NCBI RefSeq assembly: GCF_001447785.1
Contig: NW_015174849.1
Span: 16,760-80,759 of the forward strand
Source of the DNA: Gekko japonicus
Lineage: Eukaryota
DNA length: 64,000 nucleotides
Reading direction: 5' to 3'
The notes beneath the pieces are model-generated. The model had not been told where the DNA came from. It did not search any database and saw only the letters and a list, made by a program, of their open reading frames with translations. Position 1 is the stretch's first letter. Every line of letters begins with the position of its first letter. Below are positions 47,627-60,210 of the stretch, piece after piece. The position numbers and the translations under genes are program-made.

Positions 47627-50600
47627 GTAAGACTTCCCTGATAAAATTGTTAACATTTTATACTCATCCAGTTTATATAGCATTCTGAAAATCTAGGTAA
47701 CAATGAACTATGTCCATCCAGTCCTAAGTCCCATGTGTTTATCAGTGTTCACATGGAGCTCTCAGGAAAAAAATAGGTATATTCAAGAACATTTGGACAA
47801 TGGGGTATGCACTAAACCCCATCCCTAGTGAACCCAGTTTCTGGAATGAGAAGTCCATGTTCCTGTTTACCTGTTATCTAAATGGCAGCCCATTTATTTT
47901 CCCATCTCTTGAACACCTGTTAGGTATCCAGCCAACCTCCCTGGTGCAGGCCCATCCTCTTATCTGCATAGCCTCTGCCAGGGTTCTGTTTCTTGATCAT
48001 ACTAGAGTATGGCAGCATTCTAGGAACTAGTTTTATAAAGCAAATATTGTATTTTCAAGAAGCACTGTTTCCTTAAATATGGCACACCTGTAGATATCAA
48101 CAATTTTCTGTCATATTGTTGAAAGTGAAGAATACTTGAAATACTGTATTATTATTATTTGAAACTTCCTTCATACAGTGATAAATATTTCCTGAGATTA
48201 ATAGTTGTCAATGTGAAGAGAGTCTCCATGGGCTGTAATTAATCATCATGTGAGTGGGTTATCCTCAGATTCCCCAGTGTCCTAAATTGAGCCTGAATAT
48301 ACAGGAGCTCATTAGAAGTATCAGCTTTAAAGCTAGCATATCACTCTCTTATGACAACTAATAGGGAGTCAGCAAACAGGATGCAGTTGTTTGGTTGTTC
48401 ACTTTTTCTCTAAAAACAGTGCTATATTAAACTGGTGCTATATTTAGATAGCAGTGTAGTATTATCAGTTACTATAACTTCATTACAGTTGTTTTCCCCC
48501 CAGCAAAGAGTGAGAACTTGTGTCGTTTCTGGTTAATGATAAGCTTTCAGAAAATGTTAGTAGAATATGTTATATCTACCTGTTTGTAATCTGAGTCCTC
48601 CAATATGGGTTTGATTGTATTAAGAAGTGCTCTCACCTACTGTAAGCAATAGGCAATTTGTAAAACTTTCTTTTAAATAATGGTAGATTTTGCTTTTCAT
48701 TTATTGTAAGAATGCCAGGTGTATGCCAAACATAGGGCTTTCTCAGGTTTCCAGTGTCTTTGCTTTTAAGAGACTGAATAAGAGAGAAGGGGAAACAAAA
48801 AGCCATTGGAATTTCTCCTCTCTTAATCCAGTGCTAATTATCTTTGCTTTGGGAACTCCCCAGATAAAGGTGGTCTGCAGAAAGATGTTAGGACTTTTTA
48901 TTCTGACTTCTCAAAAGTTGGCTCCTCTGGCTATTCAGTAATGGAGAACCAGGTGTAGCAAACTTGATTTGTTAGGGCTTCCACCGCTATATAGCCTTAG
49001 AGTCTTGTTCTTCTTCAGTGAGCAAGAAGAAAGCAGCAAGTGAGCCAAAGCTGCTTCTTCCAGCTTTTTAATCTACCTACTGTTAATGTCCTTTCTCCAT
49101 CTTCTTTTATAATCTCTCTCTCCCCCCCAATCCTGGTTCATCTCAGGGAATTGCTTATAGCTAAGTGGATAACCAATGGATCTGCTAGTGAAAAGCACAG
49201 TGTAAGAGACAAAGGCAGTCTCAGATCTTGTTTTCTGATTTTAATCTGACAATACTCATTTGGTTGAACAATTCACAAATTTGTTTTTCTTTTGTGTGCC
49301 TGTTTGGTCCCCTCCAGATGTTTCAGCCCAACTCTATTACAATGTACATTTGTACTCTAGGGGGACAAGAACCCTTATTTATCACAGTTTCAGGTATTAG
49401 TTACTGAAATCAGTGCTAGATGTGGTTTTCAGGCATTGAGACTAGTTGTTCCTGTGTTTTATTTCTTGCTATAATCAGATTCTTTCAGCCACAGTATGTG
49501 CGTTTTCTAGGTCCACTTTTAAGGAACATGGGTATTTTTAATAGGCTCTGTCACAGGCTCTGATGAAGAGTCAGTGGGAAAATTTCAGATAGGGAGATGT
49601 ACTAGGTCAGAAATAAGTACTTTTCATAAGTAAATCATGGGACAACCCTAGCACCAATTATATCTTCTTGGTATTTTCCTCTTTGAACTTCCTGATACTT
49701 CTAAGCTGCTCTGCTATAGATATTTCATTCCCAGCAACAGGCAACTGGAGAATTTGTATGAATCTTTGGACTTGAGTTGGTCAAAATGGACTCTGCAGAG
49801 AGACATCACCACATCCTAACACTTTACAAAAGGGGGGGAGTAAGGAGTCCAGCAAAAAAAAAAAAATTAATTAAAAGGCGTTGCAACTCTTCACAGCAGT
49901 AAACTGATTTGCTTTGCATTCCAGAAATGCATCCTTTTCTTTTCCTACTAGACATGAAACCCAATCACAGTAAGTTCAAGATTGTGGCTTCCTCTGCTGT
50001 TCCACTTCTGCAATTTATCCTGCTTCTTCCTTCTTTGTAACATAATATGTGCCAGTGTTACCAGTAGCTGGAAGACAACCCAGTTTGCTAAATGCTAGTC
50101 GGAGTGGCTTTCTGCTGTAGAAATGCATCCCTTCACCTTTTATAATGCATATTCCCATGTAAAAATTTCTTCTCCTAAGGATTCCTTCCTCTCACACTTT
50201 GAATGGCTACAATTCTTTCTCTCTAGAGGTCCAACTGTATAATTTCAGAAATACATGACTGTGTAATTCTTGTTCTAGGATTAGCTTCAAATACGTAAGC
50301 TAAAGGTACCCTTCAGCAGGGGACCTCAACCTTGTTTATTCATTAGCACTTTCGGAATGTTAATACTTTTTGGAATTCATAATGGCCGTCACGGGGAGTG
50401 AAGCAGTCACAAATTGCTGGAAGGTTCCCAGTACAAGTGATGATGAAAACAACTACTTCTAAGTGCTTGTTCTGTATAAATACAAAGATGCTGATTCCTA
50501 GGCTTTTCTGCAGCACCTCCTGCCCTGAGAAGATGGACAAAATCCAAAATTAGGAAGGCTGGCTACATGGCAGCGGGGAGATGGTTCCAAGCACAGAGAC

Positions 50601-50843
50601 ATGAGAAAGTTCGTGTTTTGTGTAAGATACTTTATAGTCAGAAGTCCCAGAGTGACCCAGAACTTCCCAAGAAGCAAATGGGCACAAGGAAATCACTGGA
50701 CATTGTTGCTGTATAGATACTACATGGAGACTTACAGGATTTGGCAACCCATTTCTTCTCTTTTGTGCTCTCTTTCAGCCACCATATTCCTTTTTAAATG
50801 TATGAATGGTGTTAGCTGACCATTCTGTCTACAATCTGTTGCC

Positions 50844-51552
50844 TCAAGAACCTCGAAGGTAAGTTAGAAAACAAGTAAGGAGCCAGTGGTTAAAATTTCA
50901 ATATAGAATAATTATAAGTAAAAATGTATGTATTTATTGCAAATACTTTTTTAAAAAATACAAAGGCTCAAAACATACAAAGGCTCAAGTCAAGCCTCAT
51001 CACATGATAAAAGTGACATATGCACTAGAGGAAACATTTATGACCTAATGTTTTGGCTCAGACGGGCCTTACTCAGAGGTCAAACATTAAAAGGTACATA
51101 TAGGCTCCTGTTACAATCAAAAGGCAGTTAACAAGTTGATATAGGACCAAAAAAGGCATTTTCCAATATGGAATCAAATGACACAGGAAAAATATTATTT
51201 TTGAGGCCTCCTTGAAACGCAATATAGAGCAGTGCTAAAAGACAGGTGTAATAAGCTTATATGGTGTCTTTTAACACTGCTCTATAATGAGGGAACATTG
51301 GCTCTGATCAGGTGGTTTCACCCATACTTTCTAGACCAAACTTGGACGGCATACACATGCAGCATTACTCAGCTTGTATACATCTGTAAATGACACAAGG
51401 CTATGTTATGAGGCTTGATTTGGGCCCTTGTATGCTTTTTTTTTAAGTCTTTGCAATAAATACACATATTTCTACGTATAATAATTATTCTATATTGCAG
51501 TTTGAACTATTGGCCCCTTACTTGTTTTCTAACTTACATTTGAGGTTCTTGA
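50844..51552. mobile_element. Long inverted repeat, probably Penelope-like
   Basis: Arms at about 50844-51004 and 51403-51552 are diverged reverse complements; hammerhead-like motif at 51042-51081 on the minus strand. Confidence 0.6.
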
Positions 51553-54500
51553 TTCCATTTGGTTGGGTTGAGTCCCCCCCCCCCTTTTCTAGCTTACTTT
51601 CTTAGGCATAAGAGTACCAGTCCAGATTTCATTATATAACAGTTCCAATTAGGAAGAGTTAATCTTATGTAACTCCTGTTGCTAGAATGGCTTCCAGTGG
51701 GTTAGACCATTGAAAACTGTCTTTGTATGATTGACTGTAAGTCTGAAAATAGTGTATTATTAGGTCAGAATAATACAAGAAAAGGAACAGCTATTGTTCA
51801 AGATGAGATTATGAAGCTGGCAGTGCTTAGACATGTTTTGTTTAGAAACAATTTGTTGTTAAATAGTAGGTGATTGCTGTACCGGACCCATATAAATAAA
51901 ACCTAATCTCAATTATCAATGTTGGTGACCTTCTCAGCAAAAAGGTATTATGTACTATATGTCTGTGACAGAAGAGATGCAAATCTTTCGGAACATATAT
52001 ATGGTAAAATAAGAATTTCAGTAAAAACCAATGGCCATAGAAACTGAACGCTGCCTTTTAAAAAGTTTTTACCAACATATTATATGTTCCCTTCCCCATC
52101 ACAAATATCAGTATCCACAGATCACCCTCAAGCAATTTTTGAAACCCAGTTGAACAAATTATTCACATAATCTCTGTCCCCAAAGGGATGTCCACGGAGA
52201 GTCTGAGAAGGAAGCAGCACAGAACAGTCAAAACCTCCCGAGGCAAGAAAGTTACTTTCTTATGTGTGTTGTGGTTTTGTAGATTTTTCTATTGTCTTGT
52301 CATCCCTGTAACAAGGTTTTTATTTATATAAATAAATGACCCTGAAGGCTACTCAAATGTTACAGATTCCCATTAAAACGTTTTGATGGCTCCTTCCTGC
52401 TACCATCCAAAGTGCTCCTTGAAAGAATGCTCCTGCATACGTGGAGGCTTTCAGACACAGTGCAGTCTGCAATTCCTAATATTCCAGTCAAAATGTTTCC
52501 AGTATTATCTGTAACGTTTCATTCTGAAATCCAGCAAACATCTCCCCTTTTCAGTAGAGGAGATTCTATTAATGATAATAAGGCTGGATCCAACCCTTTG
52601 TAGTTGGTTTAATGGAAACAAGTTATTCAGCATGGCTCCTCCTAGTAACCCCTTCCAAATTACATGCACTTTAACAAAAAGTGGAGGTATACATGAACAC
52701 TGTTCATTGGTCCTCTTTAAATAAGATGCGGGGGAAATTGTTCTTTTGGTATGTGTGCATATGTGTAATACAATTTCCCTGTCAAATAGGCATGGTATGA
52801 GGAGAGATTAGCCAGCAGCCGCTCAAAGTTGAGACACACCTGCCTTGATTCAGCTGTGTTGTTTATAGAACTTTCCTCTTAGAACAGTTATTTTCTAAGA
52901 ACTTTTTTGAACAAACTCTTTGAATAAAAAACTTACCAGTTCCTATTTCCTTTTTGGACTGTAGAATCTTTATCTGAATTTGTTTGTACAAATTGAATTA
53001 CAATTTTTTGTTATCTTTAGTTGAAAGGGATCAGAGGTTACAGGTGACTAGGAAATGGGTGATAGTCAAATGCATGCAATAAAAAAAGGCTACAGTTTGG
53101 TCAGAAGTGGGGACTGCGGCTCTTTTTATGATGCAAGTGCTTTTTCTTGGAAAGTTCTTGGAAACATTCTCCCACCATCTTTAATCATTCACAGTTAATT
53201 CTTAATTTCTCACTAAAAGAAATCTGTCATTATACAGTGACAAAAAAAATCTCTTACCACAGTTGTTGGGTAGTGCAGAAAAATTAAAAGTGTCAGGCTA
53301 TATTTTAATATACTTGGTTCATCAGGTAGAGTGTTCATTTATTTTCTAGTACAGATTACCCTTTTAATTATTAAAGAGAGCCCACCCCCATCTTGGTGTA
53401 GCTGCTGGGTGAGCAACTCAAAACCTGTTTTTTAAAGTTAATTTCTTCCATATTGATAAGTTCAATTGCCATCCTAATTGTACTTACCTGGCAGCCCCAT
53501 CTTTTAAAAAAATCTAGGACAGGGATGAATTTTCCTTACATTTTAATCAACAATTCACAAAGGTAGAAATGAAGCCCTTAAATACTGCAAAGGTCTTAAA
53601 TAGTTTTTTTCCTCCCCTTACATTATTGTGGATTAGATCTCCCAAAATATATTTTAGTCTAAAAACAGCTTGGAGGGATCAATTTGGCTAGAGCTGCATC
53701 ATGAAGGATTTACAGTGGAATCCTAAACAGAGTTATACCTTTCTAAATCTGCTGGAGTCATCAATCATTCCCCCCCCCCGCCGCTGTTTTCCCCAAAGAC
53801 CTCCCCATAAGGAAATAGATGAGGGGAAATGGTTAATACATCCTTGCCTGTTTCAGCATTCAAACCTCAGTCCTGTAGCTTCTTTAACATATCCAAACAA
53901 GGAAAGAGAGACAGAAATCGGATTACACATGATATATTTTATTCCTAATATTCCAGTCAAAATGTTTCCAGTATTATCTGTAACGTTTCATTCTGAAGTC
54001 CAGCAAATACCTTCTAAAATATATTTTCCTTAGGAACAACATGTCTAATAGCAAGTAAAATTTTGTGAAAATAATTGTGACACTATTGAAAGAAGAAGAA
54101 AATACGTATTTTGAGATAACTAATTCTCCAATAATGTAGTTATACAAAGCCAGAGATGACTTTTTGTTTACACTGTGGACAAATGTGATTGCTATGAATT
54201 TCAACAAAGTTACAAGATACAAATAATACTGAATAAGTATTAAATATTTTGTGCTGTCACAAAAGTGGCTAACATCCAGAAAACCCATGACATGCTTCAG
54301 TAATATCTTTGGCATTTTATTTATATTTCGTTATAGCAACTCATTTTTAAGTCAAGTATAATATATCCTGATTGATCTTACAACATTAGAGACAGGAGAC
54401 AGAGTTTGCTTTCTGAATGTAGAGAGAGCTGCAAACTTATTGCCCCTGTTGTGATGGATTATGTTGCCATTTCTTTCCTTTGTTGTCTTTTTCAAGTAGT

Positions 54501-56746
54501 CTGACTGGATTCTCTCTAAGAAAACAAGGAGGCACTACCCACTGATATTTCTGAGAGAAGGGTCACCTCTCAAATTACCTTTTCAGTTCTGTTCAGAGCA
54601 AAGTTCTTTTTTTTCCAAATTGGCCATCACTCTCATTAATATATGTCTTATTTTATTTATAAAACAGTATATCAAAACTGTGTCAGGTATGTTCATTTGT
54701 TTTGTTCCCTTCACTTCATGTATACCACTCCAGTTTTCTGCAATTTTATTGAAGGCTCATAGCCATTAATTACTTCAGGTTTTCATTTCAGAAATTCCTT
54801 TGATATAATTTTAACCAGTTACATGCTTGTTATTGGGGATGACAAAACAATGACATTTGGAATTAAGCCTCCGGTAGCAGGACCTCAACATAGCAGGTGC
54901 TGTCAAAAACATTTATATACTAAAATATTCTAAAATACATTAAAAAATCCATGGAAGTGATGAAAAGACATAATTTAAGGGGAAACATTTTAGTCCCAAT
55001 AATAGAAATCCAGTCACAACAGTGATTCGGGCTCTATACTTTCTATACAGTGATTCAGGCTCTATACTTTCTAACATAATCCACAAGCTTCTCTATAGAT
55101 TTGACAATTCAGTATCAAGTCTGTTTGTTACACATACCATTTATTTGATAAAAGCTGGGGTGTCTAGGTTTTTCAGTTTTTACTGAAAAAAAAGACATTT
55201 GAAATCCAGGAAGATTATACCCCATTACAGCTGATAATTCTGGAAGAACAGCTGTCTCACTCTGTTGCAGCAAAAATAAGTTAGTCGTACTGTTTTGTTA
55301 GTCTTTATGGTGCCTTAAGACTCCTGTTAGTTTGACCTCATGGAAGCCAGTGTGGTGTAGTAGTTAGAGTGCTTGACTAAATAGAAACAGAGAGATCCAG
55401 GTTTGAATTCCATCTCTGCCATGGAAGCTTTCTGGGTGAACTCCAACTGCTAAGTGGGGCCTTATTCTGGTTGGGACCTCTGCAGTTTGGGGAGAAAGAG
55501 GGGATACTAGCTCCCAACTGTGCCATTTGGCCAACCCAAAATGGCACCGAGGGCATTGTTTTCTAACACACACACAGTGCCTTTTCAGGGTGGAAAAATG
55601 GTGCAGGAGGGTGGCAGGGAACTAACTTTTTAAAATGGTGGCACATCACCAGGGCAAACCTGGCGAAGCCAGTCTTGTTCATAGGTTATTTAATATGAAC
55701 TCGCAAACAAACAAAAAACCCTGACTTGAGTATCTAACTAGTCTACTCCTTACACTGGGTGATAAACAAGCATAGAATAGCTAATGAAAACCTTTAATTT
55801 TTAAAAGAGGTGTTCTAAGAACACATTAGAAATATACACGAGACTGAAATATTATTTCTAATGCCTGATATTAGTCCTTACTCTTTCTATTCCCTCTGTT
55901 TTGTGTTGCCAATCAGATCTTTTGCCCCCTGCCTCCTGAGAGCAGTTTTTGTTGTTCACTTTTGTGCTATATAAGGCAAGAGCACCATGGAGGGAAGCTA
56001 CAAAACACAATGCAAACAGTCTGCTGTCACATTTGTATTTCCAAATGCCATGACCAAGCAACTTTGGGAAGGCAAATCTGCCCTTTCACTTTAAGCACTG
56101 CACATACACAGGATCAGCCCAGAAGTGAACATCTGATGCTGTCCTTTTCCCACTTTAAAATGATTACAGGAAAAGGAATGCTTCTCCCTCTGCCCTGACT
56201 CAGAATTGTTGGAGAAATCGCACACATAAATCCAAGCAGCAGATGAAAATTTGTACCAGAAATCGAAATTCCAATAAGCTTCAGAAATTTTTCTTACATG
56301 CCTGTGCATGATCTGCAACAGTCCTTTCTTTGCTACACTAATCCAGTTGAAAAATAGTTTGTCACTTCTTCCTTCTCATCCTTATTAAGCTGAGACTTAA
56401 CCTCATCACCAGAGACCCTGCTCTTTTTCGTCCTAAACACAAGGGATTTTATTTGTATCACTTGTATGGATTTGTGCATTTACATTTTGAAGCCTGGGTT
56501 TTAAAATGTTATCACACTAATACAGGAGTCTTTCATCCTGACAAACTGGGGAAAGTAGTTCAGCATTCAATGACAACTATAATATGGTATTGTGTTCCGT
56601 GACAGTATGCCTTCACACAATACCTATCTTTATATAAAACTAAACTTGTGCTTTAAATGAGTCATACCTCCCTTTCTGTTCACTGTGCTTGAACATTCAG
56701 GACATTCCAAGACATTGGTGTTTGTGAGACATGCAAGTCAGACTGT

Positions 56747-57085
56747 TAGGGATGGGCACGGACTGGACCACGGACCTAATTTTTCCATCGACTGGGGCCC
56801 AGTTCTTGGTCCATGAGCCCGATCCATGCCATCCCACTAACATGAACCCCCACAAGTCCATGACCCTCCCAGGAGGTTCGTAAGGCCTGTCTTGGCAGGG
56901 CTGCAAAAACCATTTAAATTGAGTGCATTCCCTTTAAATGGCTCTGTAAGCTGCGTAGTGTCATGGACCAAACAGGCCACAACCCAGTCCGTTAAATGTG
57001 TAGGTTCGTGGTCTGGGGATCCTTAAGCCCCATGGACCTCCACACCTCAACAGACCACAATTTTTCTGGACTGTGCCCATTCCTA
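56747..57085. mobile_element. Non-autonomous DNA transposon (MITE)
   Basis: TIRs TAGGGATGGGCAC / GTGCCCATTCCTA; no TSD seen. Confidence 0.6.
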
Positions 57086-57344
57086 CTCCCTGAATTGACT
57101 GCTAGCAGTAACATGGATCACTCAGCAACAGTAGCACCAAGACTGTAATAGACTTGCTCCAGCAGCATCTTGTTTTCCTCAGTGGAAACAACTGCCACCA
57201 GAACAAGTGAGTTAAGCCTGGAATTAAAAAGAAGAAAAAAAGGAGCTGAAGTTTAGGTCCAAAGCTGCCTAAAACCCTATGACTAGATGTGACTGTGGTA
57301 AACAGCTCTAAGTGTGGGAGAGAAAAGCAAACTAAAATGTGAGA

Positions 57345-57635
57345 AGGTTCAGAGGGTAGCCGTGTTGGTCTGCAGGAGAACAGTTAGATTATGTCCAGTA
57401 CACATTATGGTCTGCAGTAGAACAGTTAGATTATATCCTGTAACACCTTAGAGACCAACAAGAGTTTCAGGATGTAAGCTTTTGAGTCAAAGCTCTCTTC
57501 ATCAGACACAGTAGAACAGAAGTGAAGATCCTTATTTTCTACTGTGTCTGCTAAAGGAAGCTTTGACTCTTGAAAGCTTACATTCTGAAACTCTTACTGG
57601 TCTCGAAGCAGCTGCTGGATTCTAATCTAACTGTA
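57345..57635. mobile_element. Penelope-like inverted pseudo-LTR pair
   Basis: GTAGCCGTGTTGGTCTG start; inverted arms at about 57420-57517 and 57536-57633, each with a degenerate hammerhead core. Confidence 0.65.
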
Positions 57636-58266
57636 GGATGTGAGAAATTATTTCAGGCAATACATACATGTGTTGGCCTAAAGGGCAAAGGGTACAACAG
57701 CTCCTCTATTCATGAAGCTTCCTCAATGGACTGAGGTCTTTGTTTCATGTTACCAGAAGTTTAATAGAAACCATATGCAGCTTGACTAGTGTCCAGAAAG
57801 GGTTGTTTGTGTATATTATTTTAAATGGCACTTTTTAAATTATCAGTATCTGAAACTGTGTTATACTTTTTTAGAAAGGCAATTAACACCTTATTGCACA
57901 GAAAGGATTGGCATATTGATAAAAATGTCTTAACCTTTTCAAGTATGCATGGAGAAAATTCTAGCCAATTAACTTATATAAAGAAACACACATTATTATT
58001 GACAATATAACTTGATCATTTACAGTGAGGGTCAGATTAATTTCAGACTTCTCTTACCTGAGAACATACCCAATACTGTTGTAACATTTATTATCATTAA
58101 AGTTTATGATTTGCCAGTGGTAGCCATAATCACATGATGTTAGCAGACTTATAAAAATCCTAACCCTTGTAGCAGATAAAATATTGTGTGTTGATCCAAA
58201 TGGCTTGATATAACTTAAAGGCAATAGGCAAGGCAAGATATCATACTTGTGCTTTTTCCATTTTAG

Positions 58267-58354
58267 GACTGCATCAAAACATGTAGATAAAGATCTTGGA
58301 AATCTAGAGGAAAATAAAAAGTTAGAAGAAAACAATCACAAGTCAGAAGCTTGA
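58267..58354 (+). CDS. ALCAM: ALCAM last coding exon (cytoplasmic tail)
   Basis: (K)TASKHVDKDLGNLEENKKLEENNHKSEA*; TGA at 58352-58354. The exon continues to donor CAG|GTAGGT at 58383/58384. Confidence 0.95.
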
Positions 58355-59193
58355 GATACAGAATGAGTCAGTCATCAGTCCAGGTAGGTGAGAAGAATTA
58401 TGTAATGCATCATTTTTGTCCTCTCAGTACAGTTGTTTCTCCAGTCTCTGTATTGCCTAGATGAAAGGAACTGGAGTTATCTGCTGACCATTTGGAATGT
58501 CTTCTGCAGCTCTTTCAGTGGCTTGTTGTGACTTCTTCAGGTGGGGCACGAGAATAATATTCAGAATACTCATCATGTGAAGAAAAACTCAGGTGGCTGT
58601 TCAATTTATTAAGATTTATTGCCTCTCCAGTGTCACCTTTTTTATATTTCATGGGATTGACTTGGCTATAATTCCACAGTGTTTACTAAGGTGCCATCAG
58701 TAGTTTCTACGAGACATGTAGTCTTCTATCTGACTCCTCCCCAGACCATCTGTTTTAAAATAGAGGCATGCAATTTCTTTTTAGTTTTGCTACAGAACTA
58801 TAATTTGATTTAGTAGTTCATGTTCATTTTAGTTATTTTTGTTGCCACATGTGAACAGCTCTCATTCTCCTCTTCCCTTGCACACATAGCTGCACTTACT
58901 GTGCTGCTGCTGGCCAAGCTTGATAAGTGCCAGGTGAGCACCCTGAGCACTGTATTCTCCATGGTGGCCCAAGGCTCAGCACCTTGAATGCATTGGAAAC
59001 ATTGCCATGCCTCCTGATCATTGCCCTCCACTTCTGTCTATCTGGGTGCTGTTACCATAGCCATGTTGCCGAGTCCGGCTTGCAGCATCCATCAACAATA
59101 AAGAATTAAAGCAAGTGAACAAGAAGAAATAGCAATGTGTGATGTTCACCTTAGTTTTTCACTTCCATTTCTGTTACCACAACAAATTAATCA

Positions 59194-59745
59194 AGGGGTT
59201 GAAGCACCTTTCCTATGAAGAAAGGCTGGAGAGTCTGGGACTTTTTAGTTTAGAGGGGGAAAGGTGAAGGAGGGACATGGTGGAGATTTATAAAAGTATG
59301 TATGGGGTGGAAAGCATGAATACGGGGAGCTTTTTCTTCCTTTCCTATAATATTAGAATTTGGGGGCACCCAGTCAAGCTGATGGGCAACAGGTACAGGA
59401 TAGACAAAAGTAAATACTTCTTTACTCAACAAGTAACTAAGTTGTGGGATTCACTGCTAGTGAAGGTAGTGATGGCCAAGTGCATAGATGGCTTAAAGGG
59501 GGGTTACACAGATTAATGGAGGATAGGTCCATCAATTAATACTAGCCATGGTAAGTAAAGGGGAGCCTCTGTATTGAGATGCAGTAAACCTGTGAAACCC
59601 AGTACTACAAGGCAACATCAGGGGAAAGTATTGGTTTCTGTGCCCTGGATGTTGTTCCTCCAGGGCAACTGGTTGACCACTGTGGGAGATGTGATGCTGG
59701 ACTAGATGGACCACTTCTCTGATCCAGCAGGGTTCCTTTTACATT
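59194..59745 (+). mobile_element. CR1 LINE 3' fragment (older subfamily)
   Basis: YEERLESLGLFSLE...RDMVEIYK.M.G...GHPVKL...KYFFTQQV.KLWDSL. Confidence 0.85.
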
Positions 59746-60210
59746 AAAGAAATGCAAATGTGCTTTGGGGGTTAATTCCCCCCCCCATTCATTTCGTTAT
59801 GGATGTGCATCCCTACTTTATTTTATTTCTTTTAAAACATTATATCCTAAAATATGCTATGTATATAGAGGTTTCCAGAAAGTACAAAAATACTATTAAT
59901 GTAAAACACCAGTCATGATTTAAAAAAAAAATCAAAACACCCTTGGATTTTACACAAAAGTGCCTTAAAAGTCACGGTGGCATGATGCTTGGGAAAGTCT
60001 TCTACATTCATGCATTTATTTTTGAAGGCTACATGTCCTACCTTTATATATAATTTCTAACATGGGACTCATAAGATTTTACCTTCTGAAAATGTCTATA
60101 TTATCTAATATAACTCCAGGAGCCATTTCCTTGCTTACTAGTGTGGAATGGTCTATAGAAGCATTTACCATTCCCATCTAGACCTTTGACCTTCTTTTTC
60201 ATATTTTCAG

